Numbered from the stretch's first letter, positions 39,601 to 54,561 are shown. The stretch: DNA of 64,000 nt from Octopus bimaculoides (GCF_001194135.2 NC_068990.1:88650286-88714285), one strand, 5' to 3'. Numbers and translations: made by a program. The notes: generated from the sequence alone by a model not told the origin.

Positions 39601-42600
39601 CAAAGGTTGATTCTTTATGTGCCACCAGCTCGGGTGCACTTGGCTCGTCAGGTTCTCTCAAACACAGCACATTGCCAAAGGTCTCGGTCATCAGTCATTG
39701 CCTCTGTGAGGCTCAAAGTTCGAAGGTCAGCACTTCTTTACACAGCTGTCCTCATCCATACACATCACATGATCATACCAGTGCAGTCATCTCTCTTGCA
39801 CACATAACCGTGTCTCACTATTACTATTTCTTGCAACTATCTTTGGAAATCTACCATGCAAATCCTTCTCTTGCTAGTCAGATAATCTTGCTACTTTTTC
39901 CTAGTTTTTAGCTTCATTTGGCTTTTTGATTTCCCAATCTCCTACTGTGACTCTAACAGCTCTTAATAAACTTTCTTCACTATTACTTATGTAGGAGCCT
40001 CTATCTACTCTAGCTAACTTCATGCAATCTTCCACTGATATTAAACCCCTTCTTCCTTTCACCTTCCTTTCTAGGTAAGTATAGTTTGCTATTCCTGCTC
40101 TTGGGTGATGTCCTCCATTCATATTGAATTCCTCTCTAGTTCTTCTGTCTAGATTTGCTAATTCAAACTTTGTCCAATTTACAAAATTTGCTGAATATCT
40201 AAGTAAATATACTGCTCAACTATTTACAGCCTTCACTAGATTTAGGCCATTTAGTTTTGACTTCATTAACTTTGACACCCTTCTGATGTATTCCTTCTCA
40301 ATTTTCATTTTCATTTCTATAGTTAGTGCTCTGTCAGTTTCTAATATTCCTAGGTACTAGGTACTTGTAACTCTCTCCTTTTTACAATGAATTTAATGTC
40401 TGGCCATTTGATGATTGGATGCCTTCACTGCTGACTACCTGTCCCTTTTTTATAACTAACATTGTGCACTTATCTATGCCAAATACCATACCTGTATGTT
40501 TGCTGAAGAGTCTTACAGTTCGTATTAAGGAATCTATTTCTATTTTTACTAAAAAGCTTCAGATCATCCATGTAGAGAAAATGGTTAATTTTTCCTTTAC
40601 TGTCTCTAAACTGATTCCCTGTCTTTGCCTTCCTTAATTCTAAACTGAGGGTGATTAAAAATGACACAAATATTAAAGGGATTAATGAGTCCCCTTGGAA
40701 AATTCCTCTCTTGCAATTAACTTTGTTATACAGACAGTTTGTTATCAAAAGCACAGTCCATTCACAAAAATATTGTTCAAGTTGTATATGAATTATATGT
40801 ACAACTTAAACAATGAGGTGAGCTTTCAAGTATGTCCCATGATATAATAGAATTCATATGAATTTTGAGATGTGTAATTATGCAGAAAAATACTTTTGTG
40901 GATGGACTGTGCTTTTGATAAATTGTCTGTATAATTATATGTACATCTCTCTTCTACTGGTGTACTTTCCTTTAAGATTAAATGGCTTAACAACACTTGA
41001 CACATTGGTTGGCAGTCGTTGAACAACATTTAGACCCTACAAAAGCACCCCATTAGAAGAGGGGTGTACAAATGGATTATATGCAACTTAAATATTGAAA
41101 GAAGATTTCAAATTAATCCTAAGGTTTTCTACATTTACATGAATTCTGAGTTGTCATTTTGTGGATCAATTATTTGTTTATAATAAATTAACCACAAATT
41201 ATATGGATCAATTATTTGTTTATTATAAATTATCCACAAATTATGCACCAGATTTTGTTGAATATTTTATTTTTATTTGAGTATAAAATGCACTTCTTGT
41301 TTTCTTTCTTCTCTTTTTCCAGCTGAAGATGTTCATTTTACACTTAAAAAAACTGCCATACCACAGCATGATACATTTGAACAGATAAAAGATTTGAGTT
41401 TAAAGCAGTGCAGTCGTGCTTGTCATCAAACCCCAGGATGTACCTCTTATGAGTATAATGAAAAAGAAAAATTCTGTGATCGAAGCAATGTAACTCACTT
41501 GACTCATGACCTTAAACCCAACAAATGGGGATGGGATATTCATATCATTAACCCAGGTCAGTAGACGTTTTTTCATTTCATTTATTGTGTATGTATATGC
41601 ATGTATGTGTGTGTTTGTATGTATTCACATGTACATACATGTGTGTGTACAATATATATATATACACACACATACATATAGGTATATATGTGTGTGTGTG
41701 TGTGTGTGTGTATGAATCATTCAGTAGTTCATATACCCAAAATAAAGACACACTCTAAAAATTAGAGTTGTAATATTTAGAAGGTAGTTTGTTATGACTG
41801 GTCAGAGAATGACAATTGGTTTCGCTCCTATAAAGTGCTAGCTGTGTTTGCAACTTGTCAGACACAAATAGCCTGAGGCATATAATCTCTCTACATCTGG
41901 AGGGAGGAAAATATCATGCTCACTCGATTTATAAACAAAAAGATTCTGGAATGAAAATCTACACTTACATTACACATCCAGTGGAGTATACTACTCTCAT
42001 TTTTTTCTAACCTTTACATGTCCTCTGCATTCAGGACCCACATCTCATTATCATGTAGAATTTTTGTCTGTACACATGCATCATACAGTCTTCCTTTCAC
42101 TCAGAGAGAGAGAGATCTTTTGTAACCAACAGAGGTAAAACCTCTCTGAATTTCCTTCATCCTATTCTTATCCTAGCAATCAGTCTCAATTCATCCTCTC
42201 CCCCATTACAATTTAGCACCCTGAGTAACAGAAATTAAGGAATTATCTACTACCTGTAATGAGCCACCAAGGCATTTGAGAGAATCAATTTCCAAAGTTT
42301 TTGTAGATCCTGTGCATATTCCACATAGGATCTTCTCAGTTTTCTTGCTGGACGTCTGTGTGTAATATACATATATATATATATATATATATAACGTGAA
42401 GTATATTTGCCACTTAAATGTGGCTGACCCCGAGGGGTGGATGTTACTGTTGCTTTTAGCCCCAGGAGGACATCTCCAGCTGGCTATCGACACACTTCTG
42501 TGTCCTGTCTGTTCAGAGATTTAACATTGCTTGTTTTCAGTTTTTCGATATCAGTGAATAATTTCACTGGAAAAACTTATATATATTTGCCAAGGGATGC

Positions 42601-42896
42601 CTTTTGCATCGAAGGTCGGCGATTGTCGTACGCTGAAGAAGGGAAATAAACCTGAAACTCGAGTACGTACGTATCGTAGATCAAGATGGGAAGGATAACC
42701 TCCCTTGGCAAATACAGCCAGGACACAGAAGTGTGTCGATAGCCAGCTGGAGGAGATGTCCTCCTGGGGCTAAAAGCAACAGTAACATCCACCCCTCGGG
42801 GTCAGCCAGATTTAAGTGGCAAATATACTTCACTTTATCGTGCAGTTACNNNNNNNNNNNNNNNNNNNNNNNNNNNNNNNNNNNNNNNNNNNNNNN

Positions 42897-42956
<60 letters not shown>

Positions 42957-45900
42957 TTATGAAAAGTTTAGAATGTAAGAAACAGGATGAAAGAAATTGA
43001 AGAAATTTATACACCCATACATAGATATGGGTATATACCTACATATGTATATATGTTTATGCACATATGAATGCAAATATGTCTATGTGCATAGACATCT
43101 CTCTCTCTCTCTCTTTGTATATATATATATATATATATATATGCATACATACACACACACACGCACACATACACACACACACACACTCACACACACACTC
43201 ACACACATATGTGTGTGTATATATATATATATATAATGATGATGATGTGTGTTTGTGTGTGTTAGTATGCAAGTATTGATCCATCGGGGCTCATTTCTTA
43301 CTCCCTTTTCTCTTTTTGCTTTACTCATCTGTATGTTTGTATATATGCATTTATATCTGCAGGCAGATTTCTTCATATTGATCCACTCAATGTCTTTTAT
43401 TGTAACATAGCCATTTTCTTCCCTTTGTAACTCACTCCCAAACATACATACAAGCACCATTTCTATCAATTGCTTTTAACAATTCCAGATCACAGCATAA
43501 TTAACTGTGGGCTTCCTAAAGACATTGTTGGTGCTAAGAAGTTCTACAGAACCGACTACTATAAATCTGAAGTGTCTTATATTTGTTCAAATCAAGAAGT
43601 AATAAAGTCAACATGTGAAAAGAACAGCAAATGGACTCCAGTCCCATCTACTTGTAAAGGTAACATAAATAGGTTCCTACTTGTCTTTGTTTATGTAATT
43701 TTGTTTTATCTGTATGTTAATGTCATTGTCAGAGAAAGAAAGGCTAATTCCATGACAATTTCCATGATGTTTGTGGTTGGTGGGAAGGAGAAAGAACATT
43801 ATCCTGTAACCAGAGACCTCTCCAAATGCTTGCAACACAGTAGGCTTCATTAATACTACACAAAGGACAGGGATGCTATTAAATTGGGCAATGGATTGTC
43901 TGCCAGCCAAGAGCTGGAGGTGTTGAAACTTGTTTCCAGTAGGCTTATTAATAGTTTTCATCCACAAAGCTTAATTGTGAAAAAAATTTTTTAACTCAGA
44001 CAAAACTTTACCCAATACCACATTGTTGTTACAATTATACTATATCTCATCTGATAGTTTTTCTTAATTTGTAATGTCTTGATAGTTTTTCTGTGAATTT
44101 GTAACTCCTTGATATATTTTCTCTTAATTTCTGCTAAACCTTTTAAACTTTCTAAACTTTAGAAATTTTTGAACCTTTGAAATTTGAAAATTTCAAAAGA
44201 AATCTTTCAGGGTTTTCTCAAGTGAGGATTTCCAAAGACCTCCTCACTGTTCATATAAATATTTATACTAATACCTCTGTTTCTCATCATCTTTTCGTTT
44301 TCATTTTAATTTCATTTTCTAATTTTTAATTTGTTCTTTTTCTTTAAGATAGTTTTTTAATATTTTTTTCTCATTTCATTTTTCATTCTTCATTTTTCAA
44401 TTTCTCAATTTGTCAGTTCTCCACGGTATTCTCTTCATTGCTCTATTCTACCATCTTTCACCCCTATCCTTTGGTTTCCCCATCAATAAACCACTAAGTA
44501 TCACCTCCTTCTTCTACCTGTTCATTTTTTTCTTCCTAGCTCAGCTTTACTTCTCTTAGTATAGCACCCCCCACCTCTCACAATCCTACTATGGCATCAC
44601 CCTGTCACATCGCTCTGTACTGGATGTTAACTTTGTCCTTCCTGAGCTGATAAAATATTAATATAATACTAGTCAAGTTTAGAAGCCAATTTCATTGACC
44701 AATTCTAACCCCAAATATTTGGCCTACTTTCTGTTAGAAACTAATGTCATTGTTATTGCTATTGTTGCTATTTTTCATTGGCCTAAATTTTATTTTAACT
44801 CTAGATTCTGAAACCCATTTTGTGAAAGTAAAAGATGCACTTCTAGATGTACCCAGGAAAATATTGATGGGCGAGAAAAGTGTAACAGCAGATGCCTGTG
44901 CAAAACAATGTTTGTCTGATGAAAATTGTTTATCATTTGAAATAAATAAAGATAGAAAATGTTACCTATCAAAGCAAACTGCAGCTACATCTAAGAAAAT
45001 AAAAACTAGCAAAAACAGAGATTACTACCAACGAATACAATGTAATTATTTTTTGTGTTTTATTATTGTATTCTTTTTTCCTATTTTTCTGAAATTTGAT
45101 TCCTTTTGTACCTCATAATATATAGAAAACTATTTCTGTCAAAACATTGACAAGTTTATCTATAAGGACAGTTATAGACATGTTCCTGAAAAAGTAGATA
45201 AGCAATGTTAGGAAGTTTAAATACTGTTAAGATATTTTCATACTGCATTTACTCATCTAAAACAACTTTATGCATGCATTCAATTGTATTTATATGTAAG
45301 AAAGGAAATTCATGTTGTTTTTCTTAAACTTGAGTAGTTGTAGTTGTAGTAGTAGTAGTAGGAGGAGGAGGAGCAGTAGTAGTAGCAGCAGCAGCAACAG
45401 CATTTTCTTCATTTCTTCATGGCTTAAACAGTGCTATTACAACACAGTGTCTCATCAGTAATTGTTGTCCTTCATAATCTGCCATACAAAATAACAGAAA
45501 AAGTACTACTAATTTATATAGTTATGTATTTCCAACATTTTGTCATGGTTATTAGAGCAAGATGCCCTTCCTATCACCAACCATATCAGAAGAGAAAGTT
45601 ATCACAGAGTAAGGGCAATACTCAAGACAGATCTGAATGCAAGAAACAGAATCGAAGACATCAATACTTTAGCCATACCAGTCCTCACTTACAGTTTCAA
45701 TATCATTAACTGGTCAGTTACTGAAATATGTAATATTGACAGAAAAATACAAAAATTGTTGACAGCATCACCCTAAGGCAGATACATTCTGATTAGGTTG
45801 CCATTTTGTGGATTAGTTATTTGTTTATAATAAATTGTCCAATTACAAAGTTATGCACCACATTCTTTACAAATGTGTGTATGCGATTGGGTGAATGGAT

Positions 45901-46272
45901 GAGTATAAAATATACTTCTTGTTTTTTCTTCTTTTCTAGCTGATGACCAGCCTCTTGTATTGAGAAACGTTAGCTTCCCAGAGCAGGTCACTTTAAAACA
46001 GCTTAAGGATAAAATCTTAAAGGAGTGTAAGGAATCCTGCCATCAATATCCAGGATGTAATTCTTTTCAGTACAATAAGAAAGACAAGTTATGTGATCTG
46101 AGTAATGTGACTCACATGACTGGTGTACTTAAACCCAACACAGGAAATTGGGATGTATACATTATTAATCCAGGTCAGTAGAGTCCTTCCCCAGAAACAG
46201 TTCTCAAGTTAAGAAATTATACAATCTCACCTTAGTATTCTGTATTATTCATACTCTATCTAAATTTCTTTC

Positions 46273-46345
<73 letters not shown>

Positions 46346-46720
46346 NNNNNNNNNNNNNNNNNNNNNNNNNNNNNNNNNNNNNNNNNNNNNNNNNNNNNNN
46401 NNNNNNNNNNNNNNNNNNNNNNNNNNNNNNNNNNNNNNNNNNNNNNNNNNNNNNNNNNNNNNNNNNNNNNNNNNNNNNNNNNNNNNNNNNNNNNNNNNNN
46501 NNNNNNNNNNNNNNNNNNNNNNNNNNNNNNNNNNNNNNNNNNNNNNNNNNNNNNNNNNNNNNNNNNNNNNNNNNNNNNNNNNNNNNNNNNNNNNNNNNNN
46601 NNNNNNNNNNNNNNNNNNNNNNNNNNNNNNNNNNNNNNNNNNNNNNNNNNNNNNNNNNNNNNNNNNNNNNNNNNNNNNNNNNNNNNNNNNNNNNNNNNNN
46701 NNNNNNNNNNNNNNNNNNNN

Positions 46721-46779
<59 letters not shown>

Positions 46780-47857
46780 CAGGCTTTTTTCAGTTTCTCT
46801 CTACCAAATCTAGTTGAATCTGGGCTATAAAAGAAGACACCCAATGTTCCACACTGTAAGATAGGACCCAGAACCATGTGGTTGGGAAGCAAACTTCTTA
46901 CCACACAGCTATACCTGCACTGCCAGTGAATTGTAAAAGGCACCTGTGCCAATGACACATAAAAGGCACTCACTACACTCTTGGAGTGGTTGGTGTTAGG
47001 AAGGGCATTCAGCCATAGAAACCAAGCCAAAAGCAGACGGCAGTAGTACAGCTCTCCAGCTTACCAGCTCCAGTCAAATTGTCTAACCCATGCCAGCATG
47101 GATAACAGATGCTAAATGATGATGTATGTATGTTTCTTTTAGTTGTTTCAGCAATATGGCTGTGGCCATGCTGGGGCACTACCATGATTTTGTGGTTTTC
47201 CTGCAGTTTTATTATTTGGCTGATTTCTTCAGGGTGGTGGGATTTTATATCACCATTCCTGCTTATTGCTTTTACTCTGGTTGTTGCCCCATTTGGCATA
47301 GGAGGGAGTTTGACACTGCTGCTCTCATCTGTACTTCATGCTGGGAAATTAGTTCATCTGGTATCGTGGACTAGAGAATGTCCAGTTCCCTTTTGAAAAT
47401 ATCCACATCCACTTTTTGTAGATTTCTTGATTTCTTCACAGATTATTGGATAAGGATAAAAGATTACATAACCCATCCTTTCTTCAGTGTCTCTGTCTTC
47501 CCCTCCCCGTCTCTCTCTCTCTCTCTCTCCCTCTCTCTCACCTTGTTTTCTTATCTTTCTCTTTTTCTCTTTCACTTTGCTTCTCATATATATCTCTCTA
47601 TCTCTAAGATTTATTTATTTATTTATTTTTCACTTATTTTATCATTTTATATATATTTTTCTTTATATATTTTTACTTTTCCATCCCTTTTATTATTGAC
47701 CATTTAAGTTTTTTCTTCCATTCTTTTCTTCATTAAAATTCTGCCTTCTCTCCCTTTTTTCTCTTTTCCTTTCCCTTTCTCTTGACTTTTTCTCTCTCCA
47801 TTTCCCTCTGACATTTGCTCTCTATCTACTCTCCTTTTCTAACTGTACACACAAGAT

Positions 47858-47892
<35 letters not shown>

Positions 47893-50800
47893 ATAGGTTT
47901 TGCCATCTATACAACTCTAAATGTTTGACCACCATAACATAATGCAACAAAGCGTTCCCCTTATGATCCTTTGTGATTAAGCATCTAGTTGCATGTGGAA
48001 CATCCAATTTGTGGTTTCCAAACAACCACAACAGTTAAGTGTACAAGGGGAACAAATGATATAAACTTGTATTTCGTCTGTGTTGCTCTATATACCATAA
48101 CCAGTATTACTACTAAGCACAGTAGAAACCACACCACTATACTGGATATAAATTGGATGAAGATAATCTACATAGAGCTCTAAACTCAACAGTAGCAGTT
48201 GTACATCTAACTGTACACACAAGATATACTCTGTGTGTGTGTGTGTGTGTATACATGCAAATGTCTTCAGTTTGTTTCAGTCAATATCTTTTATTCTAAA
48301 TTTCTCATTATCTCCTTGTTCTCACCCTCCTCCTAACATATTCACAACTGATATCCGTTTCTCTTATCACTTCCAGTTCATGCAAAAGTTACCTGTGGAC
48401 GACCAAAAAATGTTGCTGGTGCATCTAAATCCTATGATACTACTACCTATAAATCTGAAGTGAACTATACTTGTCAAGATGGAGAAAAATTAAAGGCAGT
48501 GTGCCAAAAGGACAAGAAATGGACTCCAGAAGTGTCTTGTAAAGGTAATGTAAATATGTTTTCTCATTTGGACTCTATCTTTGTTTTAGTTTTGTGTTAA
48601 ATGTCAATGTTAGAGAAATTCTGGCAGATCTCCTCAAATTCTTCCATCAAAGAACAGAAAGTGTGTAAGTGTGTTCCCTCCAGCAGGATGTTTCCTGGTT
48701 CAAATCCCTCTTGGCTATAATTCACCTCTCATATTTCTGTAGTTGATAAAACCAGCTCTATTCAATTATTGAGTTCCATTCCTTTCATGAGTCATTGCAG
48801 AATGTGTGAATTTATGTTTAAGTTAGAAACTGTTATCATGAATATTGGTAACATCAACGATAATTATAAATATTTGTGTTAGTGATGGATTGAGAGAATC
48901 ATCAGAGCATCAGACAAAATGTGTTGTGGTACTTGTTCTGGCTCTAACTTCTGAGTTCAGATCTGGCTGATGTCAAATTTGCTTTGTCAGGGCCAATAAA
49001 ATATAATACCAGTCAAATATAGGGACCAATTTAACTGATTAACTATTACTTTTGTCATTCTTTCTACATTATAAATTAGAATTATTGTTGCTGTTGTTTC
49101 TATTCCTATAAATTTTTCTTTACTTCCAGTTACTCAGAAATATTTTGTGAAAGCAAGAAATGGAACTTTGGATGTACCTGAGAAATTGTTGTGGGATAAG
49201 AAAAATGTTACAGTAGAAGACTGTGCAGCAAAATGCTTTTCTCAAAACAATTGCTTATCATTTGAAATATATAAAGAAAATAAATGTTACTTATCAAAGA
49301 AGACTGCAGCTACTTCCAAGAAAATAAAATCAGCCAAAGACAAAGATTACTACCAACGAGTAAAACGTAATTATTCTTTGTCCCTCTTTTTCTGAAATGT
49401 GTGACTCTATTTGTACCTCATAATATATAGATCTATATAATCAAGCTAGATAGCATTCAAAGCAACTTGACAAGAGATTTTGTTAAAAACTTTGAAGCAG
49501 TTATGAAATGTAATGCAACAGCTATGCTTGTGGTGAGATTGGCCCTTGAATAATTCTTCAGTTTAAAGCACAAAGGCTTGATTGTCTCAGCTAAGGCAAA
49601 TGCTTTAAGGCACAAGAGAAGAAAAGCCATTGCTGGACTCTTGTGACAGGGGTACGACATGGCAACAAAGCAAGAATTCAGTCTTTGGAATGCCATGATG
49701 GCCGCTTGTTATTAGATCAGCAGTATTTTGCTCATGAGTGGCAAGTTGGGTCACCGAATGGATTTCAGTGCCCACCCCAAAAGCCTCCTATGAGGCACTG
49801 CAAGAAAAGTGCTGTGTTTTTAAAACAATAGGGATCACATTGATAATTTTTGCCTATAACTCCTCTGAATGCAAATTTCAAGATTTAACCCAACATGTTA
49901 GTCAAATTTTGGCACTTGCCCAACAGTTGGATTGGTGATGTGCAAACATGCACCATTACAAACATATCTATCCATGATGCCCTCCATTTCATGTGGTACA
50001 TCATAGAAACAATGGACAATAAAGCTTGTATGGATAGGGCCCTGACCAATTTAGATGAATCAAAAGCTTTTAAAAAGGTTAACAAATAATACCTGATTAT
50101 TGTCCTCAAAACAGTGAGTTTCAGTTCCAGTTTTGAAAGTTGGATTACCATAATGTACAACAATACTTGCTGCTTCATGGTTAGAGTGAATGGCCACTAA
50201 TAGGAACTATTCAGCATCACTCAGTATGTCAAGTTTGTTCTAGGCAGGACCATACTATTCAACAGAGCTGGCTTGTTTCCTTGGACCATGCACGCCGCTC
50301 TTACCCACTTTTCAATAAATTTTCTGAGCAACAGCACTTACCTCTCCACTTTCAACAGGCATTGTTTTAGTCTGTTTTAGGTTGTAGACAGTACATTTGT
50401 ACTCCCTTCTTCTGATGGTGTGCTTTTGTGTAAGATTAAATGACCATAAGGGTACTTCACATGCTGGTTGACCATCTTTTGAATTATGTTAAGATTATAC
50501 AAAAGCACACCATTAGATAGGAAGGTACCAGTGGATTACATGCAACTTAAATTTTGAAACAAGGTTACAAATGAGCCTGAAGATAGTCTACATTCACATA
50601 AATTCTAAATTGTAATTTTGTGGATTAACTATTTGTTTATAATACAGGTATGTCCAAACCATGCTTGCATGGAAAATGAGCATTAAATGATTTCTATGAT
50701 GATGACGAAGATGATCATTTAAAACAAATTATGCAACAGATGCTATATAGTATTTAATATGTGTGTGTGAATATAAAATGTCTTTCTTGTTTTCTTTCAT

Positions 50801-51150
50801 TTCTTTTTTATCTAGCCGATGATGATGTTTTTACACTTAAAAGAACTACCATACCATTTCACGATACATTTGGTCAACTTGAAGGAATCAGTTTAAAGGA
50901 ATGTGATCATGCTTGCCTTCAAATTCCAGGATGTAAATCTTATGAGTATCATGAAAAAAAAGAATTCTGTAAACCATCTAACGAGACTCACCTGACTTAT
51001 GACCTTAAACCCAACAAAGATGGATGGGACATACATATCATGAACCCAGGTCAGTGGAGTGTATTCATTAAATTTTATGTGTGTCTGCATGCATCTACAT
51101 CAGGTTGTGTGCATCTACATATGCACATATGTATTATATGTATGTTTATA

Positions 51151-51218
<68 letters not shown>

Positions 51219-54200
51219 ATGTACATTAGTTCAATAGCTTATTAGCATCTAGCATACATATGGCTTGTATAGAACGCTCAATGCAAAAATAACAGAAGTC
51301 TGCATTTTTAAATGAAGTAAATGATGATTGCCTACTTCTAGGGGATTCTGAACCCTTTTTTAATGCTGATTTCAAATATGTTTTTAGTTTTTTTTCTCGA
51401 TCACATACACACATTTTACACAAATGGCTGCCAAAGTTATGATCATAAATAACAAACTCATCAGACAGACATGTTAACAGAAATAGAAAGTCCTATCATA
51501 CGTAATTTATTTATATTCATATACACTCACACGTAAACACTCAATTATTTGACATGTAAATATAAACATTATATACCTACAATAAAACACAAATGTATAC
51601 AAACACACACACACATTATATACAAGTACATGCATACATATGTACAAACAAGTATATTTGTATGTATTTATCTATTTAGATCTGAATGCAAATTTCTTCT
51701 GTCTGATTCATGCAATAATTTTTATTGTAATATTGCCATTTTCTCCTCACTCTCATCCTCCTAAGATCCACATACCATTCATATCGGTTTCTCTTTTCAA
51801 TTCCAGCTGTCTCAAATATTAGCTGTGAACCTCCAAAAGATATTGCTCACACATCGAAGTCCTACAATTCCACCATCTATAGATCTGAGGTGACCTATAC
51901 TTGTCCAGGGGGAGAAAAGTTCAAGTCAACTTGTGGAAAGGACAAAAAATGGACTCCAATGATATCTCTTTGTAAAGGTAACATAAACAGCTCCTTTTTT
52001 GTTGTCTCTAAATAATTTTGTTTACTTTCTATAATGAATGTCTTTGTCAGAGGAAGACTGGTTGACTCCATATTAATTGTCTGTGTTTGTGGTTGGTATG
52101 TGGAAAACATTTCCACAAATTATGCAACAAAGTGAACTCTATTGATTCTACCCAAGGGCCAAGTACTGCTATTAAATTGGGTGATGGGCTAAGTTTGCCA
52201 AACAAAAGCTGAAAGTGTAGAAACTTGTCACAAACAAGCTTGCACAACCAGATTTCAGATTTCCAGCAACCAGATTTCATGCACAAAGCTTAGATGTGAA
52301 GCAAATCCTTAACCACAGACAAAACTACATTGCTGTTAGGTAAACTTCTTACCTCTGTAGCTATTCCTTGGCAAATCTTGATAATTTTTCTCTTAATTTC
52401 TAACTTTTTCAGCCATACTTTATATCATCATCCCAAACTTTTTACAATATAATTCCATGAGTCCTTATTTCGTAAAACTCGGCAGCCCTCTGAAACAGAC
52501 TTCTGAGACTCTTGTTATCTTCTAATTCATACCCTTTAATTATATTATTAATGATAATGTTTCCTGATTTATACACAAAGGTAAGTTTTGATGAGAGTTG
52601 TTTAGTCAATACCATCAGCCTTATAATTTGATATATACATTATGTCATTGACCTCCAACAAGTATGAAAGGCAAAGTGAACTCTGGCTTCATTTGAACTG
52701 ATATCCAAAAGGCCCGAAATACACAATTTAAAGCTTTTTTTCCAATTCTCTCATTACTATACGTTGATAATGATGTTGAAGATGTTGAGGCAAAATTCTT
52801 GAGTGTAGATGGATGTCGGTCTAAGGCTAATTGAAGAACCCCCATCATTGAATGTTAGGCTCATCTCTCAGGACAAATGGAGCATGTTAAGCAATTATTG
52901 GGATGGAACTCCCAGGACGAATGTTTGCTCCAATTTTTGTAACCTAAACTACAGGTTTATGCACTGTGGTCCCTATCCAGTCTTCCTTACCATATTTATC
53001 TGTTTTACAAGTGATACTTTAAAAATGCATATGAGTGATTAACCAAACTGTGTCATTAGATATTTTAACTTCATCCACCATACAACCATTTTGCTATAAC
53101 TATTAGATAAGAAAAACTGCCTTTTCTTCACTGTTAAAGGAGGGTGAGCAGCAATTATCATGGTATCAACCCATCCTCCCTCAAAGATTTGGGCTTCTTT
53201 CTATATCAGAAATTAATATTATTATTCTTTTTAAGGTGTTGAGCTGGCAGAATCATTAGCACACTCACCAAAATTCTTAGTGGCATTTCGTTTGTCCTTA
53301 GGTTCTGAGTTCAAATTCAGCCTTTGCCTTTCATCCTTTCGGGATCAATAAAATAAGTACCAGTTGAACACTGGGGATCTATGTAATCAACTTACCTCAC
53401 TTCCGAACTTGCTGGCCTTGTGCCAAAATTTGAAACCAAAATTAATATTCTTGTTGTATTTCATTGGTCTAAATTTTATTCTATATCTAGATTTTAAGAA
53501 TCAATTTGTGAAAGTAAACCATTCATCTCTTAATGTACCGGAGAAAATATTGTGGAAAAAGAAAAAGGTTACAGCAGAAGCCTGTGCAAAAAAATGTTTC
53601 TCTGATAAAAAGTGTTTATCATTTGAAATAAACAAAAGAATTGGAAAATGCTTCTTATCAAAGAAAACTGCAGCTACCTCCAACAATTTAAAGACAGACA
53701 AAAACAGAGATTACTACCAACGAATAAAATGTAATTATTCTTTGTATTTTATTACTGGAACTAGCTGGTCCCGTGCCGTCAAAAATGACAGCTAATTGTA
53801 CTATTTTATATAGAAATAAGGTATATAATAAACACTTGTACAAAAATTCACATTCTTCCCTTCTACATGCACACACATGTACACATATACTCACACAGCG
53901 CTGAAATGTTATTTGATTTTTCTTTTCAGCATTGAATTCATTTTCATTTTATCTAGTTTCAGCTCATGAGCTGTGGCCATGCTGAATGTTCACTCTCATA
54001 TACAAACATTCCCATTTTGCCATCACTCCTTCCTTCTTTATTCATTTATCACCCCTTCCTTCCTTTCTCATTCATATGTTGTGATGGAGAAAAACACAAG
54101 ATTACAAGAGTATTATTATATCACCATCTCATTTCCATTGCACACACACACTCACACAGACATTCACATACTTCCCTTTTTACATACACACACATATACT

Positions 54201-54561
54201 CACACAGAGTTGAAATTCTGTTTGATTTTTTTCACCCCTTCCTTCCTTATTCATCTATCACCTCTTCTTTTCTCACTCATATGTTGTGATGAAGAAAGAC
54301 TCAAGAGTATTATTATAGTAGGTTCTCTTTTCCATTATTTCTGAAATTTGTGATTCCATTTGTACTTCATAATATATAGATAACTATTTCTGTAAAAACA
54401 TTTGTCTACCTCTAAGGGCAAGCATAGACACATTTTACACAAGCAATTTTAGGAACTGTAGATACTGTTAGAGCATTCTCACAAAGCATTTGTTCACCTG
54501 GAACATTTATGTATATTTTCAGTGATTGTTTTATGTAAGAAAAGAATTTCTTTTTTTTTCT

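Larger units (their letters stand above)
1..48700. repeat. Intragenic tandem duplication of a 13-exon block: about 1-27500 (A1-C5) versus about 27520-48700 (A5-C10)
   Basis: Window start GACTCACACCATTCAATCCATATATGTAG recurs at about 27525. Exon order and subtype match one-to-one (C1/C6, C2/C7, C3/C8, C5/C10 both 168 nt), and flanking introns align. Confidence 0.85.

Noticed and set aside
42997-43469. ORFs rich in HTHT, YIYI and CVCV (also 30071-30611, 51100-51237 and others)
   Set aside because: Translations of (CA)n, (TA)n and (TG)n microsatellites.
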